Shown here: positions 1-10,838 of the stretch, in pieces
Numbering within the stretch: position 1 is the first letter of the stretch
Layout of the letters: every line of letters begins with the position of its first letter
Notes under the pieces: model-generated
Told to the model about the DNA's origin: nothing
Databases searched by the model: none
What the model saw: the letters and a program-made list of their open reading frames with translations, nothing else
Source of the DNA: Candidatus Poribacteria bacterium
GTDB lineage: Bacteria > Poribacteria > WGA-4E > WGA-3G
Direction: 5' to 3'
DNA: 64,000 bases
Assembly (NCBI GenBank): GCA_965197475.1
Contig: CBDANF010000003.1
Span: 2,944,001 to 3,008,000, forward strand
Program-made: the position numbers and the translations under genes

Positions 1-1085
1 AAGCAACATTAAGCCAAATAGATGGTGTGGAAGACATACGAGACGATTTTCGCGTCGGTAAATCTGAATTACGTATCTATTTGAAACCTGAAAAAGCTGC
101 GCAATTTGGAATGTCAACCCGCCAAGTTGCTCAGGCTGTTCGCACTGCTATTGAAGGTGCAAAGGCGACAACCTATCGTGAGGCAGATGAAGCAATTGAT
201 GTAATCGTCAAATACAGAGAGGATCGTTTACAGACAATAGAAGAACTGAACGACCTATTGATAGCAACACCGACTGGAGCGATTATCCCTTTAAAAGATG
301 TTGCTGATATAACTGAGGAGAAAGGGTATGCGGATATCCGCCGCTTTGAAGGAGAACGTGCAATCACTGTTTATGCAGCGGTTGATTCAACGAAAACCAC
401 ACCATTTAAAGTTAACCAAATATTAATGAACTCTTTTGCTGATATTGAATCTTTATATCCCGGTTATCGGCTTGATTTCCGTGGGGTCTTTGACGAAATA
501 CGGGAATCTTTTGGAGAGTTATGGAAACTTTTTATCGTTGGAATTCTTGTCATCTATATGATATTGGGTGCGCAATTCAAATCGTTTACACAACCGATCA
601 TAATCCTTTTTGCTGTGCCGTTCGGAATGATAGGCGCGATGGTCGGGTTACTCTTTTCCAATGCAACGCTTAGTATGGTTGCAATGTTCGGTATCGTCGC
701 ACTTGCGGGGATTGTCGTGAATGATTCAATTGTGTTAATTGATTTTATCAACAAGTACAGAGAACGCGGTTTTAATAGATGGTATGCGATTCTTAAAGGT
801 GGGAGTGTTCGTCTACGTCCAATTGTCTTAACCTCATTAACGACAATTTTCGGACTTATTCCGATGGCATTGGGGCTTGGTGGAAAATCCCCTATCTGGC
901 AGCCGATGGCGAATACTATCATATTTGGTCTTGCCTTTGCAACGATTATGACACTGTTTGTAATGCCTTCATTGTATGCAATCACTACTGACCTGCGCGG
1001 AGTTTTTCTAAAAGACCCTGAAGCGCGTTTCCGAACTGTAACTGATGAAGAATTATTAGGGGCTGCTGTTCCTGCGGATGATTAG
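1..1085 (+). CDS. RND (AcrB/AcrD/AcrF-family) efflux permease, C-terminal part (5' end outside window)
   Basis: Hydrophobic C-terminal helices with GIVVNDSIVLIDFIN, RLRPIVLTSLTTIFGLIPMALG and WQPMANTIIFGL, typical of AcrB-family C-termini. Confidence 0.9.
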   Translation, partial: ATLSQIDGVEDIRDDFRVGKSELRIYLKPEKAAQFGMSTRQVAQAVRTAIEGAKATTYREADEAIDVIVKYREDRLQTIEELNDLLIATPTGAIIPLKDVADITEEKGYADIRRFEGERAITVYAAVDSTKTTPFKVNQILMNSFADIESLYPGYRLDFRGVFDEIRESFGELWKLFIVGILVIYMILGAQFKSFTQPIIILFAVPFGMIGAMVGLLFSNATLSMVAMFGIVALAGIVVNDSIVLIDFINKYRERGFNRWYAILKGGSVRLRPIVLTSLTTIFGLIPMALGLGGKSPIWQPMANTIIFGLAFATIMTLFVMPSLYAITTDLRGVFLKDPEARFRTVTDEELLGAAVPADD

Positions 1086-1313
1086 ACCCAATGCGAATTT
1101 TCGTGATTTAAATTCCTCAAAATCTATACTTTTCGCATAAGTAATTCATTAAAGTGCATGCGGTAAAAGATGGACGAATTTAGTTTTCAAAAGCGTCTTA
1201 GATGTGGTATAATGTGAATGAATTTATTTCAATGTCCGCACGAATTCTTCGCACCACCAAAGATCTACATATTTAATTTTAAAATAAAAAAGTTTAGAAA
1301 AAAGGACAACAAC

Positions 1314-1646
1314 ATGGGTAAAATAGCCGATGCAACCTTTCAAGGTAAGATGGACACCTACAACTTTGGGGTTTATACCACGGACACGGTTTTCATTGAC
1401 GTTGGAGCCGTTTACATATTCTCAAAACGTGTAGTTGGATCCGATGGAAGGGGTACACATACGTTTCTATACATCGGTCAAACACATTCACTTGAAGACA
1501 GAATCCCGTATCACGAACAGTGGCTCTGTGCACAGAGGAATGGTGTAAATTGTATATGCGTTCATCCAGACGATGATGCCAGTTCCCGAATAAAAAAAGA
1601 AGCAGATCTTCTCGCTACAAACCCCACCCCGTGTAACAGAGAATAG
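1314..1646 (+). CDS. Small stand-alone GIY-YIG-like protein (110 aa)
   Basis: ATG at 1314 after AAGGA. Motifs GAVYIF...FLYIGQT..L..RI..H and E.DLL...P.CN resemble the GIY-YIG nuclease fold. Confidence 0.6.
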   Translation: MGKIADATFQGKMDTYNFGVYTTDTVFIDVGAVYIFSKRVVGSDGRGTHTFLYIGQTHSLEDRIPYHEQWLCAQRNGVNCICVHPDDDASSRIKKEADLLATNPTPCNRE

Positions 1647-2680
1647 TTCATGCTTAATCATCGGAAATAGCTCAAGGAAGATTATCAAATGGCGATACTA
1701 GAAGGTTTTAGAGTAAGGAACTATGGTGTTCTAAAAGATGTGACATTGGGTCGTCTATGGGACCAAGGGAAAGTACCGCTCACTCCTATAACTGCAATAA
1801 TTGGAAAAAATGGAGTCGGTAAGACCACATTATTTGATGCGTTTGGTTTCCTTGCTCATGCTTTTAAGTTTGATGTCGAGACAGCTTGTGATGATCGCGG
1901 AGGTTTAAAAAAATACGTTCGCAAGGAGAGAAAGAGCCAATTGTTTTTGATGTGTACTACCGAGAACATAAGAATGTTCAACCTATTACATACCAAGTAG
2001 CAATTGGAGATGACCAATTTGGTCGTCCTTATGTCCTACAAGAACGTCTCAGGCAAAGGCGAAAGGGACAGAAATACGGTGAACCGTATACTTTTTTAAG
2101 ACTTGATAACGGTAGTGGGGTAGCGTGGAAAGGCAACCAAGAAGGCTATCAGAAAACTCCTTTTGAATCCATAAAATCAATAATTATAAGTACTTCAAGT
2201 AGCAAAAAAAAAGAAAAAGTTAAAAAGATAGATATAAAAAAAGGTGACCTTATTGACGATAACGAGAACTCAAGTCAAGCCTCAAGTAACTTAGACCTCT
2301 TAGAATACATAGTCAATAAGGAAGCCGACGAGACTGAGATTATTAAATTGGAGGATCCGCGAAAACTTGGCATTGCCACTCTCGGTGCTTTGAAGCAGCA
2401 TCCGCGAATTTCTGCTTTTCGTAGGTTCATTGAAGGATGGTTTCTTAGTTACTTCACTCCTGATGCAGCACGTAACTTACAATTTGCCGGCCCGCAAGAA
2501 CACCTCAATATACAAGGCGATAACCTCAGAAACGTTGCGCAATTTATGGAGCGCGAATACCCTCAACGTTTCCAAGTAATTCTAAAAAAAAATCGCAGAT
2601 AAAATTCCGGGCATAGAAAAAATTGACACCAAGAAAACAGAAGACAATAGGTTACTACTCAGGTTCAACGAAAAAAGGTT

Positions 2681-3666
2681 GGCTCATGTAAAAAGTAAGT
2701 GCTATTTTTTCAAAGTTATGTTAGCGTGTTACCTATGGACTTTCCAATACAATCTCTCCTGGATGAAGAAAAAACTCAAGCGTGGGTGTTGGATCATTTC
2801 CACCTTCAAGGGCTGTGTTGCCCAAAATGCCAAGCGAGCGTGGCGGAGGCACGCAAGTTCCGTCCGACTGAAACAAGTGGTCTACAAGTGTATCGCTGCA
2901 AACACTGTGAGAGCATCTACAACCTCTATACCGGGACGGTCTTTGCTGGCACGCAGTTTCGTCCCTCACAGGTCGTTCTGCTTTTGCGCGGTGTCTGTCA
3001 AGGTGTTTCAAGTGCACAACTCGGGTGTGAACTGGGTCTAAGTCGTCAAACCGTTCTTTCTATAAGACGTAAACTCCAAACTTCGGCAGAGCAGATACAA
3101 CCCGAAGCTGCTTTACCTGATGCTGAAGTCGAAACAGATGAGATGTTTCAAAACGCCGGTGAAAAAGGCGATAAGCACGTTGATGCTTCGGATCCGCCGC
3201 GTCGGCGTGGCAATAAACGCAGGGAACATGGGACTTATGACAATGATCGTCCGCCTATTGTTGGGACGAAAGGTCGCGAAAGCGGTCTCCTGAGATTACG
3301 TGTTGTGCGGCACACCGATTCTGCGACGCTTTCAACACACGTTCATCAGTGGACGTTGCCGACTTCAACGGTGTATACGGATGGTTGGCGTGGCTATAAC
3401 CGTATTCAGCGCGCCCGTGAGATTGTTCTCCATAAGGATGGCGAGTGGGCAAGAGACGCAGACGGTGATGGTCTTTACGAGATCCATACAAGGACGATTG
3501 AAGGTGCCTGGACGACGCTGCGAAACTTCCTTCGTCCCTTTCGTGGCGTTCATAAAAAGTTCCTCGCCGGTTACGTCGCAATCTGTGAGTTCGTCATGAA
3601 TCTAAAAGCTGTCAGTGTTGATTTTATAGCAAAACTCGTCAAAAGCACTTACTCTTGACATGAGCG
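2681..3666 (+). mobile_element. IS1595-family insertion sequence (copy A)
   Basis: 23-bp imperfect TIRs GGCTCATGTAAAAAGTAAGTGCT / rc CGCTCATGTCAAGAGTAAGTGCT. 8-bp TSD AAAAGGTT at 2673-2680 and 3667-3674. Confidence 0.95.
2735..3658 (+). CDS. IS1595-family transposase
   Basis: N-terminal Zn ribbon (CPKC...CKHC), VETDEMF, VYTDGWRGY and HTRTIEGAW motifs. Confidence 0.92.
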   Translation: MDFPIQSLLDEEKTQAWVLDHFHLQGLCCPKCQASVAEARKFRPTETSGLQVYRCKHCESIYNLYTGTVFAGTQFRPSQVVLLLRGVCQGVSSAQLGCELGLSRQTVLSIRRKLQTSAEQIQPEAALPDAEVETDEMFQNAGEKGDKHVDASDPPRRRGNKRREHGTYDNDRPPIVGTKGRESGLLRLRVVRHTDSATLSTHVHQWTLPTSTVYTDGWRGYNRIQRAREIVLHKDGEWARDADGDGLYEIHTRTIEGAWTTLRNFLRPFRGVHKKFLAGYVAICEFVMNLKAVSVDFIAKLVKSTYS

Positions 3667-4066
3667 AAAAGGTTTTCAAGATCCCTTCCAAGTTGAGCAA
3701 ATGTCCGATGGAACACTCAAACTGTTTGCATATCTTCTGATGCTTGAAAATCCTACGCCACCGCCATTTCTTTGTATTGAAGAACCGGAAAACTACTTAT
3801 ATCACAAACTTTTGGAGATTCTCGCCACTGAATTCCGAGAACATGCAACAGGACTCAAAGGCGGTTCACAGGTTTTTGTTACGACGCATCAACCATACTT
3901 TGTCAATGCATTAGACCCGAAAGAGGTCTGGATCCTCGAAAAAAAAGAAGATGGGTTTTCCAAAATCCGTCGGGCAAGCGAAGATCCGCTTGTGAATAAC
4001 CTGGTTGAAGAAGGGTTACCTTTGGGCGGGCTCTGGTATAGCGACTATCTTGACCCGAGGTAATTA

Positions 4067-4708
4067 ATGCACTTTGAGATACTTATTGAAGACTTGTCAG
4101 GCAAGAAAGCACTTCAGATTTTGATTCCAAAAATCGTCGGTGCGCGACATACATTCAGTATCTATCCCTATAAAGGAATTGGACACCTTCCAATAAAATC
4201 TCAAAATCCGACAACTGCGAATACTGGTCATTTGCTTGACGATCTACCAAAGCAGCTCCGTGCTTATGGAAAAAGTTATGCCAATGATCCTACCAAAGTT
4301 GTAATTGTCGTTTGCGACTTGGATAAAAGGTGTTTGAAAACATTTCGAAAAGAACTTTTTTCTGTCCTTAATGCGTGTAACCTCAAACCAGAGACTCGGT
4401 TTTGTATTGCTATAGAAGAAGGTGAAGCCTGGCTGCTTGGGAATATCCCCGCGATCAAGAAAGCTTTCCTAAAAGCCATTGATAATGTTCTGAATAGTTA
4501 TCAAAATGACTCTATTTGCGGAACGTGGGAACTTCTGGCTGATGCTATATACGCAGGAGGTGCAAAATCGCTGCAAAAGAAAACTTGGCGTGCAAGAGGC
4601 AAGGTAAAATCAGTATGGGCACAAAAAATAACTCCATATATGAATGTAGACAAAAACGCGTCTCCCAGTTTCTGTTATTTTCGAGATAAGATTCGAGAAT
4701 TGATCTGA
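4067..4708 (+). CDS. DUF4276-like (TOPRIM-type) partner of the upstream AAA ATPase
   Basis: MHFEILIEDLS...VVCDLD...IAIEEGEAWLLG...SPSF motif pattern; starts 4 nt after the ATPase stop. Confidence 0.7.
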   Translation: MHFEILIEDLSGKKALQILIPKIVGARHTFSIYPYKGIGHLPIKSQNPTTANTGHLLDDLPKQLRAYGKSYANDPTKVVIVVCDLDKRCLKTFRKELFSVLNACNLKPETRFCIAIEEGEAWLLGNIPAIKKAFLKAIDNVLNSYQNDSICGTWELLADAIYAGGAKSLQKKTWRARGKVKSVWAQKITPYMNVDKNASPSFCYFRDKIRELI

Positions 4709-4757
4709 GCATCCGCCCATTGAACTGCCAACTTGTTGAAACAAAGGAGAAAATAGT

Positions 4758-5744
4758 ATGAGTCAAAGCGATTTGAAAATTGCTTTTATTGGTGTTGGCG
4801 GTATTGCAGGTAATTACCGCCGAAGCCTAAAACAACTACAACGTCCGATTGCATCAATATGTGATATAAACGCTGAACGCGCAGCAGCGATTGCTGCCGA
4901 TGAAAATGCTACTGCATACACCGATCATCAGGAAATGCTTCAGAAAGAAAAACCTGATGTCGTTTTTACCTGTATCCCACCCGGTGCACACACCACACAA
5001 GTTGCGGATGCTGCAAGGGTTGGTGCTGCGGTCTTTGTTGCAAAACCGGTTGCAGATAGCATTGCTACTGCCCAACACACGAGTGCCTCAATTCGTAGGG
5101 CAGGAGTTATCAACCAAGTCGGTTATATGGCACGGTATAGCGACATCACTGACAAAGCAAAGGCGTTCGTAGGAGATCGGAAGCTTACAATGGGGTTTGG
5201 ACGGTTTCTCACGCGGATGGGCGCAAACCATCCGTGGTGGGGAAAATTTGAAGTATCTCGCGGACAGATGGTTGAGCAGACTACTCATGTCTTTGACCTA
5301 ATCCGATATTTCCTTGGTGATGTTGAAAATGTCCAAGCTTTCGGTATCAAAGGTGTCTCTGAAGGTATTGCAGATTTTGAGGAGTGCACTGTTTGCAATC
5401 TGAAGTTTAAAAGCGGTGCCGTAGCAAGTATTACCAGCACCTGTGTTGCTCGCGCACATGATAGTTTCGCAACTGAATTGGTGGGAGATGACATCTATCT
5501 CAAACTGACGCACGATCTCAGTTTGCGCGGACAGATTGGCGGTGAAGGAATAGACTATACCGGCACCGAAGCCGGTTATTTCCGACAGATTGAGCAGTTT
5601 ATCAAAGCGGTTGAAGCAAATGACCAAGAGCTGGTACGTTCTTCCTATGAAGATGCGTTCAAGACACTTGCGGTCACACTTGCTGCGAATCGTTCGTTAG
5701 AGACAGGACAGGTTGAACAGGTTGTGGAAGAGATCACTGATTGA
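4758..5744 (+). CDS. Gfo/Idh/MocA-family oxidoreductase
   Basis: Rossmann IGVGGIA, VFVAKP, EQTTHVFDL motifs; AGGAG RBS. Confidence 0.9.
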   Translation: MSQSDLKIAFIGVGGIAGNYRRSLKQLQRPIASICDINAERAAAIAADENATAYTDHQEMLQKEKPDVVFTCIPPGAHTTQVADAARVGAAVFVAKPVADSIATAQHTSASIRRAGVINQVGYMARYSDITDKAKAFVGDRKLTMGFGRFLTRMGANHPWWGKFEVSRGQMVEQTTHVFDLIRYFLGDVENVQAFGIKGVSEGIADFEECTVCNLKFKSGAVASITSTCVARAHDSFATELVGDDIYLKLTHDLSLRGQIGGEGIDYTGTEAGYFRQIEQFIKAVEANDQELVRSSYEDAFKTLAVTLAANRSLETGQVEQVVEEITD

Positions 5745-5916
5745 AAATGTGATCGGTGAATAGCCCACCTCAAACTGGGTATAGTATTGAGAAATTTATT
5801 GATTATGAAACGTGAATCTGGTATAAGAATACCAGATTACTATCTGTATTGCATTAGTGTTAAGTCCGTGCTTCAGAATTGGTAAAACCTCCTATATAGG
5901 AAAGGAGTCTCATTTG

Positions 5917-8900
5917 ATGAAAAAACATATTTTTCGTTTTGCCATATTTACGTTAATCTGTCTATTCTTTTGTATGCTATCTGTTGAGTTTGTTTATGCT
6001 GGGATTGAAGCTTCTATTATACTTGATATAGACCTTAACGAAAATGGTCTCATGCGTGATATTGCGGCGACAGCTACGCGTTTTTATGTCTTGTTTGCAG
6101 GCAGGCAACCGGAAATAGGAGGAACGTCCAATAGTGGATCGTCTTATATACGGAAAGTCTACGTTTTTGACCATGAAGGAACACGTAAACCAGACGAGGA
6201 GTTTGAAATAGATACAGAACTGACACCATACAGCATTGCAGTAACAAATAAATTTATCTATATTTCATACTGGGATAGTTCCGGTATTGATGCCTATGCG
6301 TTTGATGGTACGCGTTTACATGATGAGGGCTTACGTTATGCCTCTGCAGGTCAAAAAAGTAGTATAGCAGCAACAGAGACGCACATATATGTTTCAGATG
6401 TCTCTTATTTAGATGAAGTTGATATTTACAAGTTTAAAGATACACAAGGCGATCTAAACGCAAGGAACGTTTCCTGGGAGAAAGAATTTAAACTTACCAC
6501 AAATGAGAGTCTTAGAGCTTTCATCGCCGCAACAGATACCCGTGTCTATATCCAAAATCCTAACGATTCTACAATCTATGTCTACGATACCCGGGACGGT
6601 GGTAGACGCGCACGTGAAGATTTCGTACACTGCTTATGGACTGGGCTAAGGAAAGAATCTATTTACGTCCCCTCACGCTATTTATCAGGCATTACAACAA
6701 CACCATTAGGTGGAAAATTGTATATGTTAATTTCCCGATCAAGGGATGATGGAATAGAGGGACGCCAACTTAAGGTCTATAGGTATTCTATTCCGGAAGA
6801 AAATGCTGCACGTCCTGAGGTCTTTTTGCCTGCAAAACCGCCTCGCAGAGCAAGTTATTATTTCTATTTGCCGCCTTCTGGTTCCGGGATAGCTGCGACT
6901 GATACAACCGTCTATATAGGAGCTGATGGTTCACGTTATTTTGGTCGTGCTGCTACAATACATGCCGAAACCTATTCCGATGGGGTACCGGGCAGTTTAT
7001 TCGCAGATGCCGGCAAACTGAGAGGTAATATATCCGTAACCTATCCTCATCTAGGTTCTTCCGGTATGACAGTTGACTATAACAATATCTATCTGCTTAT
7101 TCGTCGGGCATCTGATGTACTTACTCAAGAACACAACTATGCCGTTCGACACTGTTTACTTAATTCAGATGGAACTATTCATGGTGGTAAGACGACATTA
7201 AGAGATCTTCAACTACCACTTGCAATGGAAAATTTTAAGAATGGAATAGGGCTAGCTATTGACTCAGAAGGAATTCTATACGTGATGGCTGCTGGTGAAA
7301 ATTACAAAGGACCTCCGCTAATCTATCGATATAAACCTTCATTGGATTCTCCACAACATAGTCAAGCTTTGCCTGGTAACCCTATCTTGTTACATCCTGA
7401 CCATAAGGCTCCATGCGGTATAACGATTGTAAAAAACCGCGCTTATGTTCTGGATAGGGCGTTTATAACTGATGAAGGCACCCCTCGATTGTACGCAAAG
7501 GTTTTTGTCTACGATTTGGATGCCCACGATGTATTTGAGTACTTACCTGAGGAGAGTTTTTTAGTAAATGCCCGAATAGGAAATCAGACAATCATACCGT
7601 ATGATTCAGGTATTGCTGTAAATGGAGACACATTTTTCATCTCAATGAGAGCAGAGTGGCCTTCCAATTATAAACATGTTCTTGTCTACGGTCCTCTTGC
7701 AGCACCGAGTTGGGGGCCCATACGCGCAGATACAATTCAGCGTAGGCAACCCTATGGTGGGGACATTAGAAGAATGTCAATAGTGGCTACAAATGGTAGT
7801 GACTACTACAAATACCAGGCAATCGAAGGTATTCCATGGATTCTTTCACTGGATTTTGACTTTGTATTTGGCAATCCTGATCCTTCCATTACCTTTAAAA
7901 CAGGTTATAAAAAACCAGAATGGTTGACCTTAAAGGATGGTGTTCTATCAGGTACCCCTTCATCAGCAGGTAAGTTAACAATTGAACTCACTGCCACCAA
8001 CGAACAAGGAAGTACGGATGAAAGTATCACCTTAAACGTTGGTCCGGGGGTTGTGGCACCGAGTTGGCATGATTTCTCAGTGCCAGAGATAAGGATACAC
8101 GATGCTTGGTCATTAACCTTAACTGACTTGGTTACTGGTAATCCGACACCGGAGATATATTTTACACAAGGATACACACCACCTGACTGGTTAAAGCTAA
8201 GAGAAGGCGTGTTATCAGGGACACCGCCAAAGGCGGGTACATATTCTATCCAAGTTACCGCTGCCAGTGCTCTCAGACGCCCTGGCTATGTAAAGTGGGC
8301 GGATATTGTGATATATTTGGTTGTCAAAGGTCCAACATCTCCTAATTGGGCACTTGATTCCATGAACGATACTGCACAAGGTATCGCCGCTACGGACAAC
8401 CGGATCTATGTGACAGACCTTATTGATGACAAAATCTATGTTTACGGACACGATGGAGAGCGATATGTTGCTCAGGATATAGACCTCAAGACACTCACAG
8501 AAAACCCAATCGGTATCACTGCTACGGTGACACATATCTATATTGTTGATAACAGCGAGGATATCGTCTCAATTTTAGATGTTACAGAAACAGGTTCTGT
8601 CGGCAATTTCAAGCTTGACCCCGATAATAGAGGTCCAACCGGTATTGCAGCGACAGCAAGACGACTTTATGTTGTTGACCACGAGGATGATAAGGTCTAT
8701 ACCTACGCACACGACGGTACACGGCACCCTACTGAGGATGTTAACCTGCACAAACATAGTGAACCCACCGGTATTACAGCGACAGCGACACGACTTTATG
8801 TTGTTGACGGTGATGATGACAAAATCTATCCCTATGAATATGATGGCAAAATGAAGAACAGTGAAATTGTTGAACTTGTTACAGAAAACAGAAGTCCAAC

Positions 8901-10707
8901 TGGTGTTACTGCAACACCAGCGCATCTGTTTGTCGCAGATATTATTGACCAGAAAGTCTATTCATATCCGATCCCTGGTGTTACCGAGGTTGTTGTAACT
9001 GTAGGCGCGCCGAGTTGGAAGCCCGTGTCAATTCCCGAAGCAGTGAAAGGTTCCCATTGGACGCTCTCCTTAGCAGATTTCGTAAAAGGGGACCCAACGC
9101 CACAGATCTACTTTACAGACGGTTATACGTCATCTAACTGGCTTACGTTGCAAAATGGTGTGCTTTCAGGCACCCCTACGATGGCTAACACTGAATATAT
9201 CAAAGTTACCGCAACAAATAGTAAGGGAAGCGCAGACATAACAGTACCGCTTTCTGTGTCGCATTCAGAATATACATCCTGGGACCTCAACCCCGAAGAA
9301 ATTTATGTAAATACCATTGCCAGCACAGAAGAGTTTGTCTATGTGTTTTATGGGACCCAGAATAATATACCTCACATAAGTGCTTACACTCATGATGGAA
9401 TTCGCCGTCCGGATAAGGATATAAAACTTGGAACGGAACATAGAAAAGACTCACACAGCATTAACACCCACATCACCGCCTCTGAAACACATCTTTTTAT
9501 GGTGGAGACATATAACGATTCCGATGAATCGAATCCAACTGGTGGAAGAAAAGTCTATGTGTTTGACATTACAGGAACAGGCACTAAACGGCATTTTTTT
9601 CTAAGTAGGGAGGTAGGTATGTACACAGCGGAGATTGCTGCCACTACAACGCGCTTTTATGCAGTCAATTGGTCTGAAAGGAAATTCCATGTTTACGGAC
9701 ACGATGGAACACCTTACCCAAATGAGGATTTTACACTCAAGCCGCACGACACTGAAGGTACATTTTTTTTGGACGTAGCGACAACTGAAACGCGTATCTA
9801 CGTTTTGTTAGCAAAAGTGAATGGTTATGTTCGTGGTAAAGTTTTTGTATATGGGCATGATGGCACACCTTATCCTGACGAAAACTTCAACGTCGGTGAA
9901 GTAAAAACTGTAGATATTACAGCAACATCAACGCATCTGATGGCATATTCCGGTCCGTATCTTAGAGGCATAAATACCGGCTCTATTTTTTACTTCCCAC
10001 TTCCTGAGGCGGAAGGAAACACCGAAACAGCTGTTCATATCCAAGATACAACGCCCGCTTGGGATGTCAATCAGGATGGAAAGGTTGATATCCAAGACCT
10101 AATTAAGGTCGCACAGTATATTGATGAAACAGAACTTTCTAATCCACAAGCAGACGTAAATGGAGATGGAACAATTGATGTTCAAGACCTACTCATTGTT
10201 TCACAACATTTAGGAGAATCAGCTGAGGCAGCATCACCTATAAAAACAACTGCTTTGCGATTTCCTGCCCTTGTAAAAAACGTTGCAGATGGTGATGTCA
10301 CAACGGAACTAATTCAAACATGGATAGACCTTGCGCGGATTTCGGACGATGGTTCGCCTGTTTTTCAGCGCGGTATTGCAAACTTAGAACGTCTATTAGC
10401 TGAGATGCTACCAGATAAGACAGAACTCCTCGCAAACTATCCGAATCCTTTTAACCCAGAAACGTGGATACCTTACCATCTTGCTAAGGAAGCTGAGGTG
10501 CAAATTACTATTTACGATATAAACGGTGCTGTCGTGAGACAATTAGACCTGGGATTGAAACTCGCCGATAATTATACGGACCGTTCCCGAGCTGCTTTTT
10601 GGGATGGACGCAATGCTGATGGTGAGAAGGTTGCAAGCGGAATTTACTTCTATCAACTCCGTGCAGGCGGCTATGATCACACCCGCAGAATGCTTATTGT
10701 TAAATAG
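5917..10707 (+). CDS. Large secreted protein: beta-propeller (NHL-like GIAAT..R.YV.D) repeats, three putative-Ig (He_PIG-like) domains, dockerin-like EF-hand pair, C-terminal FlgD-Ig/T9SS-like domain
   Basis: Signal-like N-terminus. Three P.WLTL..GVLSGTP repeats. DVNQDGKVDIQDL/DVNGDGTIDVQDL. LLANYPNPFNPETWIPY...WDGRN..GEKVASGIYFY. Confidence 0.85.
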   Translation: MKKHIFRFAIFTLICLFFCMLSVEFVYAGIEASIILDIDLNENGLMRDIAATATRFYVLFAGRQPEIGGTSNSGSSYIRKVYVFDHEGTRKPDEEFEIDTELTPYSIAVTNKFIYISYWDSSGIDAYAFDGTRLHDEGLRYASAGQKSSIAATETHIYVSDVSYLDEVDIYKFKDTQGDLNARNVSWEKEFKLTTNESLRAFIAATDTRVYIQNPNDSTIYVYDTRDGGRRAREDFVHCLWTGLRKESIYVPSRYLSGITTTPLGGKLYMLISRSRDDGIEGRQLKVYRYSIPEENAARPEVFLPAKPPRRASYYFYLPPSGSGIAATDTTVYIGADGSRYFGRAATIHAETYSDGVPGSLFADAGKLRGNISVTYPHLGSSGMTVDYNNIYLLIRRASDVLTQEHNYAVRHCLLNSDGTIHGGKTTLRDLQLPLAMENFKNGIGLAIDSEGILYVMAAGENYKGPPLIYRYKPSLDSPQHSQALPGNPILLHPDHKAPCGITIVKNRAYVLDRAFITDEGTPRLYAKVFVYDLDAHDVFEYLPEESFLVNARIGNQTIIPYDSGIAVNGDTFFISMRAEWPSNYKHVLVYGPLAAPSWGPIRADTIQRRQPYGGDIRRMSIVATNGSDYYKYQAIEGIPWILSLDFDFVFGNPDPSITFKTGYKKPEWLTLKDGVLSGTPSSAGKLTIELTATNEQGSTDESITLNVGPGVVAPSWHDFSVPEIRIHDAWSLTLTDLVTGNPTPEIYFTQGYTPPDWLKLREGVLSGTPPKAGTYSIQVTAASALRRPGYVKWADIVIYLVVKGPTSPNWALDSMNDTAQGIAATDNRIYVTDLIDDKIYVYGHDGERYVAQDIDLKTLTENPIGITATVTHIYIVDNSEDIVSILDVTETGSVGNFKLDPDNRGPTGIAATARRLYVVDHEDDKVYTYAHDGTRHPTEDVNLHKHSEPTGITATATRLYVVDGDDDKIYPYEYDGKMKNSEIVELVTENRSPTGVTATPAHLFVADIIDQKVYSYPIPGVTEVVVTVGAPSWKPVSIPEAVKGSHWTLSLADFVKGDPTPQIYFTDGYTSSNWLTLQNGVLSGTPTMANTEYIKVTATNSKGSADITVPLSVSHSEYTSWDLNPEEIYVNTIASTEEFVYVFYGTQNNIPHISAYTHDGIRRPDKDIKLGTEHRKDSHSINTHITASETHLFMVETYNDSDESNPTGGRKVYVFDITGTGTKRHFFLSREVGMYTAEIAATTTRFYAVNWSERKFHVYGHDGTPYPNEDFTLKPHDTEGTFFLDVATTETRIYVLLAKVNGYVRGKVFVYGHDGTPYPDENFNVGEVKTVDITATSTHLMAYSGPYLRGINTGSIFYFPLPEAEGNTETAVHIQDTTPAWDVNQDGKVDIQDLIKVAQYIDETELSNPQADVNGDGTIDVQDLLIVSQHLGESAEAASPIKTTALRFPALVKNVADGDVTTELIQTWIDLARISDDGSPVFQRGIANLERLLAEMLPDKTELLANYPNPFNPETWIPYHLAKEAEVQITIYDINGAVVRQLDLGLKLADNYTDRSRAAFWDGRNADGEKVASGIYFYQLRAGGYDHTRRMLIVK

Positions 10708-10838
10708 TATCAAATGACCATAGGATATCTGGAAGGTTGATGTTTATTGGCTTCCCAGCGATCATTAATGAGTGGGTTGCGTTGGGATCGCGAGCATCCT
10801 CTTTGAGAAATGATGCGTTTAGCGATAAACGTGTCTAA

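Larger units (their letters stand above)
1689..4063 (+). pseudogene. AAA_21/AbiEii-type ATPase, interrupted by IS1595 and by homopolymer frameshifts
   Basis: Walker A GKNGVGKT (1689-2000), middle part 1952-2680, and C-terminal MSDGTLK...IEEPEN...TTH (3701-4063). The pieces join when IS 2681-3666 is removed and 1-nt indels in homopolymer runs near 1905-1913, 2584-2592 and 2671-2676 are corrected. Confidence 0.85.
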
